A DNA stretch of 64,000 nt. Source: Lepidodermella squamata (Eukaryota > Animalia > Gastrotricha). The notes beneath the pieces were generated by a model. That model saw nothing but the letters and a program-made list of their open reading frames with translations, had not been told where the DNA came from and made no database searches. Positions 51,344-63,557 of this stretch are shown here, piece by piece. The position numbers were made by a program, and so were the translations under genes. The stretch spans positions 1,922,001 through 1,986,000 of the forward strand of contig JBLDXI010000004.1 in NCBI GenBank assembly GCA_047495785.1, written 5' to 3'. The stretch's first letter is position 1. Every line of letters starts with the position of its first letter.

Positions 51344-53724
51344 AGGTCTTGGTTGCCGCGAGACGCAAGAACCAGGCTGGGACCAGGCCAAGTTGGAGAG
51401 GCACGATACAGAAGCATTTCCTCGAATCGCGAAATTTATATTGCACACTATGGATCGAGTGGCTCCGACGCTCGACAGACCAGGAGATATGTTGCCGTTA
51501 ATTATCGCGGGTGGCTGTCCACATACTTCAGACGATGATTTCGTTAGAAGAACTGAAAGGACTGACAATCAATTCACCTAATAGTGCTGAGTCACCAGAT
51601 GTTACACAGCTACCAGCCGCAGACCAGGTGCCGTTTGCTTGGCACTGACTTGTTCCCTCGCCAACGCGTTTGAAGCCTGGATTGCAGACCAATGTCATCG
51701 TGGACAAGTACAAAGTAGATCTGTTGGAACTCAGCAAATAGCCGTTACTCAATACAGGAGCGGGGCCACAGTCTTCATCATACGCATGAAATGTCTCTGT
51801 TCAGAATACGTGCTTTTACTTACTTATCGGGTTGCATCTTCCGTTTATCGCCGGTCGAAATGGCGGTACGCACGTGGTAGTCGAGACAGAGGATGAATAG
51901 GTGTAACCAGGGTTGCATTTCACGCTAACAACCGCTCCTTTTCCCACGGCTGTTCCGAGACTCAGAACTGCGCCGGTATCTACAGAAGTTTCTGGGTCCA
52001 ATCGTGTCACAAATCCCGTGGATAAGTTAGGCACGGTGCAAGACTGCGCTGGAGCACTCTGGGTAGTCTGGCTGCGAAAATCCGTGTTGTCGGAAATCCA
52101 ATCGAGAACCTTGCAGACTCTGCTGTAGGTGCCAGGAGTGTATCCGTTGCAGGACTCATCGCGATTCGATATTATTCCGAGCAGGTAAGTCTTCCTGGAT
52201 TTCAAGCACATGAGAGGGCCCCCAGAATCGCCATAACAAACATCGGAGCCATCGGCGGCTAGACACATTTTCGAGTCGGTGATGTTGACAGATTCCGAAC
52301 GCCTGCGGGAATACTCCAGCGAGCAATTTCGGTACGATCGAACTCGAAGATCAAGCTTCCTCGGGGTCTTAGAAAATCTAGCTGAGATATCAGAGAGCAT
52401 TTAGGTTTTAGGTCCTGTAACAACGCCGGATTGTTTTATAAGGATTATAGAACTGCAGTTCCTGGCCTCAGAAATGCGATGGTGTCTTTGAATTTTTTCG
52501 TCGAAACTAGCCTTCTTTAGGGCCTTATGGACGAGGCTACTCGGACACAGCGAAATGTGTGTCACGCAATGGCTATTCGAAAACATTGGGTGCGCGCTTT
52601 TGGCTACTTGAACACAGCAATCCGGAGACACCCCACGAATAACGTTAATAAGCTACGGAATAACGACGACAAGGCAATAATTTACCGGATTTAAGGCAGA
52701 TTTAGCGTTTTTAACATACCTATTTTCACAGACTATCCTTGCAAGTGTCATGTATTCTTGACTTTAAACCTATCCTCACCGCCCCCGTCTCCAATGTTAT
52801 AAAGGCTATTAACGCGCGCTCCTAAGACCGCCGGCAAGTTGAAGCTATCAAATCGCTAATCAACAGATGCAATTCCGCCCGGCAGCAGCGTCTTATTGGT
52901 ATTTCGGCTAAACTCGATGGCTGCGCCCCAAAATCGAGCGCCCCATTATTGTGCCCGAATAGCCTCATCCAATACCAAAGTATTGGAGCATACTGGTTTC
53001 AAAGTAACCCCAGCCAACCAACTGCTGAATCGCATCCGTCGATCGAATTCGCGGTGGCCGAGTTGGCTCGGCACATGGTAGACGCATCAGGCAAACAAAT
53101 CGGCTTGATCTGTTGCGAGAATCTGGGAACTGGAGTTGCCAGGCGCAGAAGAGCGAAATCAAAGTCGTACAAATTCTGACTGCCGTTGTACTGCGGATGC
53201 ACCAAAGGAGGAAGCGACACAAGAGATTCGTAAGAGCCCGCCTCAAAACGAACATTGATGTTATGGCGACCTATCAGCGCTTTGATACTTTACAAATGAA
53301 AGATATACTATCGAACAGGTAAATGAACACTTCCACTTACAAAATCGGTGTTTCTCCGGCATCCCAAACGCAATGAGCAGCTGTAATCAGCCATTGCTTC
53401 GAGATGAGGGAAGCTCCGCAGTATTCGGCTGATGTTTCGCCGCTTTTGTAAACTTCAAGAAAGACCTTGATATGACATCCTGTTTGTCTAGCATTACAAT
53501 AATGGTAAATGGAAGCAAACCAGCCACGGAAACTCGTGTGCTCCTGCTGGCTGACTGCCCGGGCCTGGTGATTTCGCCATTTGTGTAGGGTTCATGGCAC
53601 CGCATCCGGACGCCTCATCTTGAGCACCGACTACTCCGGATACCAGCACAAGATAGCCGACTATTAAAGCAGTTGGGTAACGAATTTTGGAAAAATTAGA
53701 CAAAACTACTAACAAAGGCTTCAT
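51344..53724 (-). pseudogene. Trypsin-CCPx3 copy D, probable pseudogene
   Basis: Full triad and three CCPs, but a 2-bp deletion near 53018 frameshifts AVGWG, and the homologous ATG is ATT (an upstream in-frame ATG exists at 53724). Confidence 0.8.
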
Positions 53725-54243
53725 GAAATGTTCTTTGTGAATGCGTAAACGTGCAGCCTAATGCAACAAGTTTTTTTTCGTATTTTCGAGCTTTTATTCG
53801 TGTTTTTTCGTATTTGACGCGAGCGAGACGCATTTTCAGAAAAAAATGTTGGCAGTACCCGAACTAGACTATTGCTGAAGTTCTCAGAATAGTTTGAAAA
53901 CATCCGGTTGAAAAACACGGCTGAAAAAAATGATTTTTTGATAAGATTGCGCAGCAGGTGGGCTATTTTGAGGTCAAGCTTCTTCATGCCACCGGCAACA
54001 AGTGCAGCCATGCGTGTATCCGGTGCCGGATCATTAGGCAAGTAAGGCAGTTGCACATAGGCCGTTGCTCGGGGCGCCTCGAAATGTTAGCGAATCAGAT
54101 CAACAAGAACAGGGGACAAAGGGGAAGAGGCATTGCCTACTGTATACGTCGTAATTTTCGTTGTGACTTTATTTTCGTTTTTGGCGATTCTCCATCGATT
54201 ATCTAATTTTCGTTTTTTCGATTTTTGGATTTTTAACATACAG

Positions 54244-54589
54244 GAAAATGCTGTCGCAAGTGAGGTTGTCTCGTTTGGCTTGGAAATTGCAAGGCTGCCA
54301 GTCACCGATGCACAGCTGGCGGAAGCGAGAAGTTTTCATCGCGAAACAGTCGATTGTTGGCGTTGTGCTGTACACTGCCTTTCACATGCCTCTCGCCGTT
54401 TGCGTCGTTCTCCAGCTCGGCTACTCTAAAATTGGTCCACTGTACGTCAGCGCGAGTCTCGGCAAAATTGCAAGCCTTTGTGCCGCCCTCGAAATGGTTT
54501 TGTCTTCAATAGTCAGGTCGCTGAAACCAGGCTTCTCGCTTAGTAGATTGCTGCCTCGGAAGAGCAACACTGTCGATTTCAGAAAGTAG
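54244..54589 (+). pseudogene. Isolated open last exon (ICL3, TM6, TM7) of the opsin-like GPCR
   Basis: Acceptor catacag|G; KREVFIAKQSIVGVVLYTAFHMPLAV...SASLGKIASLCAALEMVL; upstream exons not found next to it. Confidence 0.7.
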
Positions 54590-55523
54590 CTCATCGCGTT
54601 CTAAGCTTAGTCATAAGATAACAAATCTGACTTCAAAATCTGTAAAAAATCTGTGCGAAATGTCATTCAGAGAAAGAAATCGAATAAAATTCAATGTTCA
54701 TTTATAAAATCGAATATAAGCTATTGCAATGGATATTAGTTATTCAAAAGTAGCCCTTTGACATCAGCGCACCCGGCGTTGAAAGTTATCAAAATTTCGA
54801 CTTGGCATCTTGCGTCCACTTCAACCTCCGATTGCGCAACCGACACGTGACACGGAACCGGACGAAACCGGACGAAACTACTGTGGGCCAGGAATTGAGC
54901 AATTTTCAACTGTTCTTTGATTTCTCAGTTGGGAATGAGGCAACCGGGGAAAACTGAACAGAGCTGCTAGTAGGGCTCACGCTAGATCGAGGCCTTTTTA
55001 CTAAATCCGAGCCTTAAACCGAGTTATTTAACGTTGCTAACGATATCAAGATTATTAGGAACTATTCAGGTATCTCGTAAAGATGATTCATAAGAGTATC
55101 ATGCATTACATCGAGTGGAGAGATTACGGTTCGGCGCGAAGGGATCAATAGTTCTTATAGGCTAGGCATAGGCTGGTTTCGATTCCAGCGTCTGTGCCGA
55201 CTTGTATTGCTCTGATCACAGCACTTGCCGTTCTTGTCGTTAACCGTGTCGTTAGCCTTGTCGTTAGCAGCTATCGCAGTACTCGGTTTTAATTTATTAA
55301 TAGATTCACATGACTATCATTTCCGTCTTCTCACAAGTAAGTGACAGGAAATGAAAGTCATGTGAATCTCAGCAGTGAAATTTATCTCTCGTGGATAGTA
55401 ATCAGAAATTTAGCTGAAATCGCAAAAATAGTTGAAACAGGAAGCTTTTAGAAACAAGCCTGGCGATCAAGTCACCAACACGTCGCTTCTGAAGCTGCTT
55501 TTCCACTGACATCATCGCACAAA

Positions 55524-56363
55524 ATGTGTAATTTGTCGCATTCAAACGGCAGCAATATGGCTGTTGTAATGCCAGGCGGGGCTTGGATTATGGCAAACAT
55601 CCCTGATCGCGGCTTCAACGGCTCGAGGCCGTACTTCATCGGATGGTTCCACGATTTGGCAGCTGAGAGCGTTCACGATCGGCTGCACTACACCATCACT
55701 GCGGTCGTAGTGTCTCTACTCGGCATCATCGCCAGCATTACAAACGTTGTTTCGTACTACCAGAGCAACGTCACTGGCGGTTTTTTGATGCTCAACGCGA
55801 TGATCGCCGTGCGCAACATAGTCTGGGCCATCAATTTGTCATCCGCTTTCTTAGTCACCCTGCCGACCGGGTTTTGGGAGGCCGGTCGCGCCGCCTGCTC
55901 AAGCGCGTTCTGGATCTCGTCCACAGTCGGCACGTTCAGCTACGAACATCGCTTGTGCATCGCCTCGTCATCGTTATACCGTTCAAATAAATCAAAGGTA
56001 TGACATTTGCATGTTTTTTTTACATAATATTAGAAAGTAAATCTCTCTCTTTCTGTAAGCTGATGATAATGGCTGTGGCGCTGTTCGCGTTGGGTGGCTG
56101 CTACCCGATCGCGTTCATCATCGAGCCGTATCAAACTCTCGGCTATCAAGAAATCATAATTGCCGGAGTGAACAACAACTCAGCTGTGCCATTGTGCGGC
56201 TCGTTCTACTACAAATTCATTCGTTCTTCAGACACTACAGTCGCTATTCTGCTGTACTACCTAGTGGTGGTTCAGCTTTCCTTTTTCGGCCTCTCCTACA
56301 ACTATTGGTTAGTCGCCAATTTTCTTACTTGGTTTTCTGTATCATTCGATCTATACAGGAAAT
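55524..56363 (+). CDS. Opsin-like class A GPCR, exons 1-2 (TM1-TM5) open; last exon lost after a few nt
   Basis: Exon 1 55524-55997, exon 2 56060-56307, acceptor at 56358; five hydrophobic helices; GFWEAGRAAC (ECL1/TM3 Cys) and LCGSFYY (ECL2 Cys). Confidence 0.7.
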
Positions 56364-56899
56364 CGCACACTCGCCGCGTTAATTACGTAACACAGGTGAG
56401 CGCGCAAATCACGCGGTCTGATGCTTTATGCGTATACTCAATCAGGAATTTAAGCTGTTTGACTCGATGGGTGCTAGCAAGATCTACTCCGTTTGGTTTA
56501 AAATGTTCAAACTAGTGCCAATACAGGTTTCTATTGAGGTCCCTCATAAATTGGGCGAAACATGTAGGATTTCTGCTTGTTTTGAGATAAAAAATGACAC
56601 TTGATCGAAATGGGCAATTTTCAGATTTGAACAGGTGTTAAACAACACAGGATTGCGCAATACGGTCAGTTCGTTGGTATAAGGTCTCAGATAGATGAAG
56701 AGACCATTCATGAACAGTTTGGTCTGGTGGCTGCTCATCATTCTCAAGGAAGCTTGACAAAGTATAAGGAAAACAACATATAATTGCAGGACAGGATCAC
56801 ATTTAGGACAGGAAAGGTGTTGTAGAAGAAACAAAGTTATAGAATTAGGATTAGAAATAACATATAAACACGTCAATGTGTATATATAATACTGATAGG

Positions 56900-57622
56900 T
56901 AATAGTAAAAATCGCAACAATTTCGGCATTTCAGCAGTATAAAAATAAAGTGTATTCTATCAGGTCCATTTCGGTATCAGGAATTAAAGTATATAAATCA
57001 CAACAAAGTGTATCAAAATTAAATCAGAACAAAAATGATGATCACTGGGATAATTTAGCGGCATTCATTCCGTAGTAGTACTGGTAAACTACCTCGCGAC
57101 AATTCTCGGCCGTTTCAAATTGCTGTGCCTCAAGAGGAAGTTGGTTCCATAAATTGGGTCCTCGATAACTTAGACTCAAAGTACCGCGCAGAGAATCGTA
57201 AGTCGGTTTGAACATTGGTTCGAAGTTGCGCATGTCGTATTGGGTCGGTTCGTTCAGTTTGAATATTGCCTGCATCGCTGTTGGCGCTTAACACATTTCC
57301 AGACGAAAGTCGCCAGATGAATCGCGTGCTTTTGGTGCACCGTTACCCATCCGAGGCGATGCCGAAGCGGTTCAGGATCCGCGAGTTGGTTGGCACCACA
57401 AATAATCTTCACCGCTTGGTCCTGGGTCGACTGAAGTCTGCTAAGCGTTGTTGGCACAGCCTGGCCTAGTGTAATATCGCCGTAGTTCAAATGGCTGAAC
57501 ACCAAGCCATTCGCCATCATTATCGCCATCCTCCTGTCAACAAATTTAGCAGCCAGCTTTAAAGCAAACAAGCCTTTTCGGGCTTTACTTTTGGCGCCGG
57601 CGATAGCACTGAGTATACTCAA
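56900..57622 (-). mobile_element. Non-LTR retrotransposon 3' fragment (CR1/L2-like C-terminus), frameshifted
   Basis: SHLNYG...LQSTQDQAVKII...LGWVTV and SYRGPNLWNQLP motifs; ends approximate. Confidence 0.75.
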
Positions 57623-58182
57623 GATGTATAAACTGCCAGCCTTAGAGGGTTAATCCTTCAGTTTGACATAATTGTGATAATTCCAGACAGAATATTTCAC
57701 CATCCCAGTTAGAAAATCTTACTCGGATAGACTTTGAAAGAGAGTGATTACGGATTTGAGGCGAAAATCAAATAGAAAAATAGCTTGAAATGCTACGAAA
57801 TAGTGCCATTTTTACTAGCTGTCTCGAATCGAAGTTAGACAACTGTCCAACTGCTAGACATTGTTCAACGTTATGACATTGCCGCAAAAGTCACTAGTGC
57901 GTCCCATGAAATCGATTTCATTGAGTGAAACCGTTTGGCAAGTGGCTGCCGAAGCCTTCGTCTTTCGTCATTTGAACCACAGATTTACTCGGTGCAGCGC
58001 GGTAGCAACAGCACGTATTCATAGGTGTCAGGAATAAACACACTACGGAAAAAACATGCTGCTAAATCGGCACAGACACTGATTCAAAATTCAGAGTGAA
58101 TAAAAAGGGACGATTTTATTTTACACTTGGTAAACATTTTCGCAAATAGAAGAAATTATGAATTTGCGTGATTCCACTGGTT

Positions 58183-59055
58183 TCAGCATGACGACTTCAC
58201 TCGACTTGCTCCTCGCGACCTTAGCAAATCGGCCGCATCGGTTTTTTTGTTACAAATTGCCAAATCAATAACTGTATCGCCTCTTGCATCTGTGCCATCC
58301 TTATTTGCACCTCTATCCAGCAACAGTCGAACTAATTCGACATGCCCATTATAAGCCGCATACATTAACGCGGTTTCGCCTGCTTCACTCCTGGCCTCGA
58401 TGGCAGCGTTGCGATCCAGCAACTGTCGAACTACTTCGATGTGGCCAAACTGAGCCGCTAGCAGCATCGCCGTGCAGTCATCGACTGCCTTGGCGTCAAT
58501 GGCAGCATTGCGATCCAGCAACAAGCGTACTACTTCGACTTGCCCATTCCGAGCCGCATGTATCAACGCCGTCCAGTCATCATTATTCTTGGCGTCAATG
58601 GCAGCGTTGCGATCCAGCAACAGTCGAACTGTTTCGACATGCCCGCGATAAGCCGCATACATCAACGCCGTCCAGCCACCGCTATCCTTGGCCTCGATGG
58701 CAGCGTTGCGATCCAGCAACAGTCCAGCTAATTCGACTTGCCCATTCAAAGCCGCATACATCAACGTCGTCCAGCCACCGTAATTCTTCCTGTCATTCAC
58801 ATCAGCTCCACGGTCGACGAACAGCTGTGCAATTTGCAATCGCTGGTCGGATCGTGTCTGATTGCACGTAACGCTGTGCAGCAGGGTGCCATTTATCATA
58901 ATCAAACCACCACATTCAACCCTCTTTGCGTTGCGCCAGTTCGGGTCGAATTTGCCGCCAGTTGATTCGTCGATCTCCGCAACGAGTTGCCGCGCCTGCA
59001 CCACGTCGGCAGTGTTACTTGTAACATTCCACAACTGTTCGTACACTTCGCGGAC
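58183..59055 (-). CDS. Ankyrin-repeat exon, copy 4; no ATG
   Basis: Open frame; acceptor aaattcag|GTC CGC GAA GTG (phase 0). Confidence 0.9.
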   Translation of the reverse strand, partial: VREVYEQLWNVTSNTADVVQARQLVAEIDESTGGKFDPNWRNAKRVECGGLIMINGTLLHSVTCNQTRSDQRLQIAQLFVDRGADVNDRKNYGGWTTLMYAALNGQVELAGLLLDRNAAIEAKDSGGWTALMYAAYRGHVETVRLLLDRNAAIDAKNNDDWTALIHAARNGQVEVVRLLLDRNAAIDAKAVDDCTAMLLAAQFGHIEVVRQLLDRNAAIEARSEAGETALMYAAYNGHVELVRLLLDRGANKDGTDARGDTVIDLAICNKKTDAADLLRSRGASRVKSSC

Positions 59056-59479
59056 CTGAATTTAATACAAAACATAGATCAAACCGGAGCGGCAAACAAG
59101 GTGCGCATATAATCAACTACATAATGATCAATCATTGTTAATCATTACTAGAATAACATGGCGCCATGGTATCTATCAATTAGGGCCCTACTAGTCCCCC
59201 GGTTGCTGTTCTCAGTTCTCATCCATCTTTACTCTTTACCGCATATTACCCTGTGTCAACTGGGGTATTCATAATTCTCAGCAAAAGTAAAGATTTCAAC
59301 AGCTTCTTTTCGGTGTCATGCAAAGTCTAATTAACGAAGTCATCACTTCAGAAAATGTTCCTATTAATTTTTCATTTTCACTCATCTTTGCAGCCACAAA
59401 TAATGCGCAAATATTGCGCGACACAGGGCTGCAAAACCCTGCAAAAAAAGATACTCACAATGATCGCTAGTATCTTGAT

Positions 59480-61365
59480 TTACTGAAAATTTCTGTAATG
59501 GAAGCTCAATCTCGTGTTCTTTTCACTCTGATTTCATATCCCACTTTTGTAACTCTGTGTCGAAATAACCTACACTTTTTCATCTTCGTAGAAAACTTAC
59601 TGGTCTTCGCAGCCTCGAGACGCAAGAACCGGGTTGGGACCAGGTAACATTCGAGAGGCACGATACGGTAGCATTTCCTCGAAGCTCGAAATTGGGGTTG
59701 CATGTTATGGATCGAGTGGCTCCGACACTCGACAGACCAGGAGATACGTCGCCGTTTGGCATCGCAGGTGGCGGCCCACAAACTTACGATCATTTGTTAT
59801 AAGAATAGACAATCACTGAAAAATGAGTCACCTGCTGCTTCACAGCTCCCAGCTGCAGACCAGCTGCCGTTTGCTTGGCATTGACTTGTACCCTGGCCAA
59901 CGAGTTTGAAGCCCAGATTGCAGACCAACGTCATTGTGGACAAGTAAGATGTCGATCTGTTGGAGCTAGTCAAATATCCATTACTTATTACAGTAGCGGG
60001 GCCACAGCCTTCATCATACTTGTGGAGAATCAGTTTAGAAAAGTTGCTATTACTTACTTATCGGGCTACACCTGCCATTTATCACCGGTCGAAATGGAGG
60101 TACGCAAAGGGCGATCGAAACAGAGGACGAATAGGTGTAACCAGCGTTGCATTTCACGCTAACAGCCCCTCCTCTTTCCACTGCAACTCCAGGCCTCAGA
60201 ACTGCGCCAGTATCTTCTGATGTTTCAGGATCCACTCGGGTCGCAAATCCCGCCGACACGTTAGGCACGGGGCAAGACTGCTCGGGTGCACTTGTCTGGC
60301 TGCGAACATCTGTGTTGTTCGAAATCCAATCGAGAACTTTGCAGACTCTGCTGTAGATTCCAGGAATGTATCCGGTGCAAAACCCATCGCCATTCGAAAT
60401 TATGCCAAGCAAGTAAATCTGTCTCGATTTCAAACACATGAGAGGGCCGCCAGAATCCCCGGAGCAAACGTCGCTGCTGCCCTCAGCGGCTAGGCACATC
60501 TTCGAATCGGTGATGGTGACAGATTCCGAACGGCTGCGGGAATACTCGAGCGAGCAATTTTGGTAAGATCGAACTCGAAGATCTAGCTTTCTCGGGATCT
60601 CTGATAGCATGGCTAAAATACGAGAGAATTATAAGGAGATAAAGGTGAGAGAGGAGTGAGAGGAAGGGAAGGAAACATACTGGCTGCAGCGTAACCCCAG
60701 CCAACGGCAACTGCTGAATCGCATCCGTCAATCGAATTCACAGTGGCCGAGTTGGCTCGGCACATGGTAAGCGCATCCGGCAAACAAATCGGTTTGATCT
60801 TCTGTGAGAATCTGGAAACTGGACTCGCCAGTCGCAGTAGGGCGAAATCAAAGTCGAAGAAATTCTGACTGCCGTTGTATTGCGGATGCACCAAAGGAGG
60901 CAGCGTCACCATCGATTCGTAAGAGCCCGCCTCTGAACGAACATTGATGTTATGGCGACCTAGCTGCGCTTTGATCCTGTCACACTCGAAAATATACCAA
61001 CGAAAAGGTGAAATTAAAATTGCACGTACAAAATAGGAGTGTCTCCGGCATTCCAAACGCAATGAGCAGCCGTTATCAGCCATTGCTTCGAGATGAGAGA
61101 AGCTCCACAGTAAGATGCTGACGTTTCGCCACTTTTGTAAATCTCAAGAAAAACCTAGAACAAGCACCTTGCTTGTTTAGCATTACAATGTTAAATGGAA
61201 GCGAACCAGCCACGGAAACTCGTGCTCTCCTACTGGTTGACTTCCTGTTGATTTCGCCATTTGTGAAGGGTTCATAACCCCGCATCCGATCGCATTATCT
61301 TGAGCAACGACTAATCCGGATACCAGGACAAAAAAGCCGATTGTTAAAGCTATTAGGTGGCGCAT
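59480..61365 (-). CDS. Secreted trypsin-family protease with 3 CCP modules, copy E, apparently intact
   Basis: MRHLIALTIGFFVLVSGLVVAQ signal; TAAHC, DFDFALLRL, DVCSGDSGGP; phase-consistent introns; CCP3 donor at 59600. Terminal exon either 59527-59480 or the ankyrin exon. Confidence 0.88.
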
Positions 61366-61589
61366 TTTGGAAACTTTACAAAAAACTATGATAAAGCTAC
61401 AAACAAAGGCTGGATAATTTTTCTTCATATACGCGTGAATGTGCAGCCTAATACAGCAAGTATTTTTCATATATTAAGCTTTCATTCGTGTTTTTTTAAA
61501 TAGTGATATATTAACATCACTACAGTTTCCTGTTCTAGCCTATGTATTAAATAGAGCTAGTTAGGTTTAATAAGTTGAAATCAATTTAT

Positions 61590-62900
61590 TCCAGCCCTTT
61601 ACACACTAACAGTAATTTGCCTACTATACGCAGATGACCTTGTTCTTCTCGCGAAATCACCAGAAGAACTACAAAGACTATTTGACGTCATAGAAATATT
61701 TGCACGAGAAAACGAGTTACAAATTAACGTCGAGAAAACCAAGGTCATGCAATTTCATCGTGGTAACACACATAAACCAACCGATTTTGAGTTCAAAATT
61801 AACGGTCTGAAAGTTTCTGAGTTGAAATATCTAGGCATTATACTAACTCATAATCTCAATCTCAGACGTTGCTCTGAAACAGCTACAGCAAAAGTTAAAC
61901 GAATAATAGCCCAGTTACCAGACATACTAAGGCCGTACAAAAATTATTTTCCTTCAAACACGTTTCGAACTCTGTACAATTCATACACAATAAGCCATAT
62001 CGTTAGCGGCGCGCCAATAAACCGCACTTTACTATTTATAGATTTTATGAGGAAAGTACGTTCGAAATTGGGAAAAAATCGGTGCGCAAAAGGCCTAACG
62101 TACTTCACCATTACGTTAGGCGACTAAAAGTACGATCGAATGAGTCATCTAAGTGGTTGTTTTGGCGCGTCGTTAACGATATGACATTCGGAGCGGGCAT
62201 CTGGGGCTTCAAACCTAGAAAATCAATGCCGCTGTTAAATATATTATTTGCGAAAACAGTCCTAAATCTACCTACTAGTACCAGGAACGAACTCGTAGCG
62301 CGAGAATTTTATATAGAGCCGCCATATATAACATTGATGATAACAGCCCTAAAACATTACTTGTCACTGAAATTCCGTACGAAAAACTCGCTATTGCAAG
62401 AGAGTTTCAAAGTTCTTGAAGTGAATGACAGCCTGTGCCGTCACATTTACAAAAACCTAAAGACTGAAGTCACAAAGGACAATTTTGAACATATTTTCGA
62501 CGCATCTGAGCGTGAAATATCTGAACTGATTGAAGAATATAAAAAATTTCTCATTTTACGAGATAAAAATAAAATGTTAGATAACCTGAAACCGCTTACT
62601 GCGACAACAATTTATTTAGCAACAACTATTTTTCCAAATGGACAGAATATTTTGAAATTTTCGACATTCACAAGCTCTGGCTAAAATTAGAACGATCACT
62701 TTTTAAACCTTTCCAGTACGTAATTGGCGTAACTAAATAATGAATATACCGTGACATGCAATTATAAAATCCCTACGATCTACTACTTCATCTTATCTTC
62801 AACTGCAATGAGACCTTGGCGTCTAGACAGAATTTTAGATATCCTATTGTTAACCACGCGAACCTGCTTCTCATAGACAACACTGAAACAGATAGGACAC
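61590..62900 (+). mobile_element. Degenerate non-LTR retrotransposon RT fragment
   Basis: LLYADDLVLLAKSPEELQRLFD...LQINVEKTKVM...LKYLGI from about 61620; boundaries approximate. Confidence 0.8.
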
Positions 62901-63088
62901 CAACGATCTTTCCATAGTGAATTTATTCGAGCTGACTGATTTCGAGCGACGGTTGGCTCTTTCGGAAAAATTTTGAAAAATTTGCAAAAATTAGTTTATC
63001 CATATTGAGAATTTTCTCTATTCAACGATATAAAATTTGTAGGGTAAATAATTTATATCGATTTTCCGATTTTTTCTTAGCTCCTTAG

Positions 63089-63557
63089 CGTTTCGGTATA
63101 ATTCTCCATTTGACGGTAACTCCATCTCGCCATTGTTCTCTAGTTGCGGTAAACAATTTACCGTAAACGGCACTACCTCGACTCTGAAGCATACAAATAC
63201 TCGCGCGCGGTAAAATTAATGTTTCCGCGGTAAATTCAGCTCATACTGTGGAGGAATAGAAATAATGGAAATAATGGAGTCGGAACTGCTCGCGTTCTTA
63301 CAATAGAGCGTGTTACGAACCGCTGAGCATGAGTAAAACGGAAAGGTTGCCTGTTGGTTTAGGGTGTTATAAAATGATGTTACCATGGTGATGCGCGCGG
63401 GATTTCTCCATGACTCATATGCAGCATGCTTCTTAACGCCACGTGCGGTAAAATGTACAAACGTGGCGGCGTTCGTTATACCGCACAGGCATTGATGTGA
63501 CCTTGTTTGCGTGCTGCGGTAAAATAATTACCGTCAAATGGAGAGTTATACCGAAAC
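63089..63557. mobile_element. MITE-like inverted repeat
   Basis: cgtttcggtataattctccatttgacggtaa pairs with ttaccgtcaaatggagagttataccgaaacg. Confidence 0.7.

Noticed and set aside
59150-59170. accATGG as a private start exon for ankyrin copy 4
   Set aside because: Nearby GT donors give phase 1 or 2, not phase 0, and the motif was not seen upstream of the other three copies.
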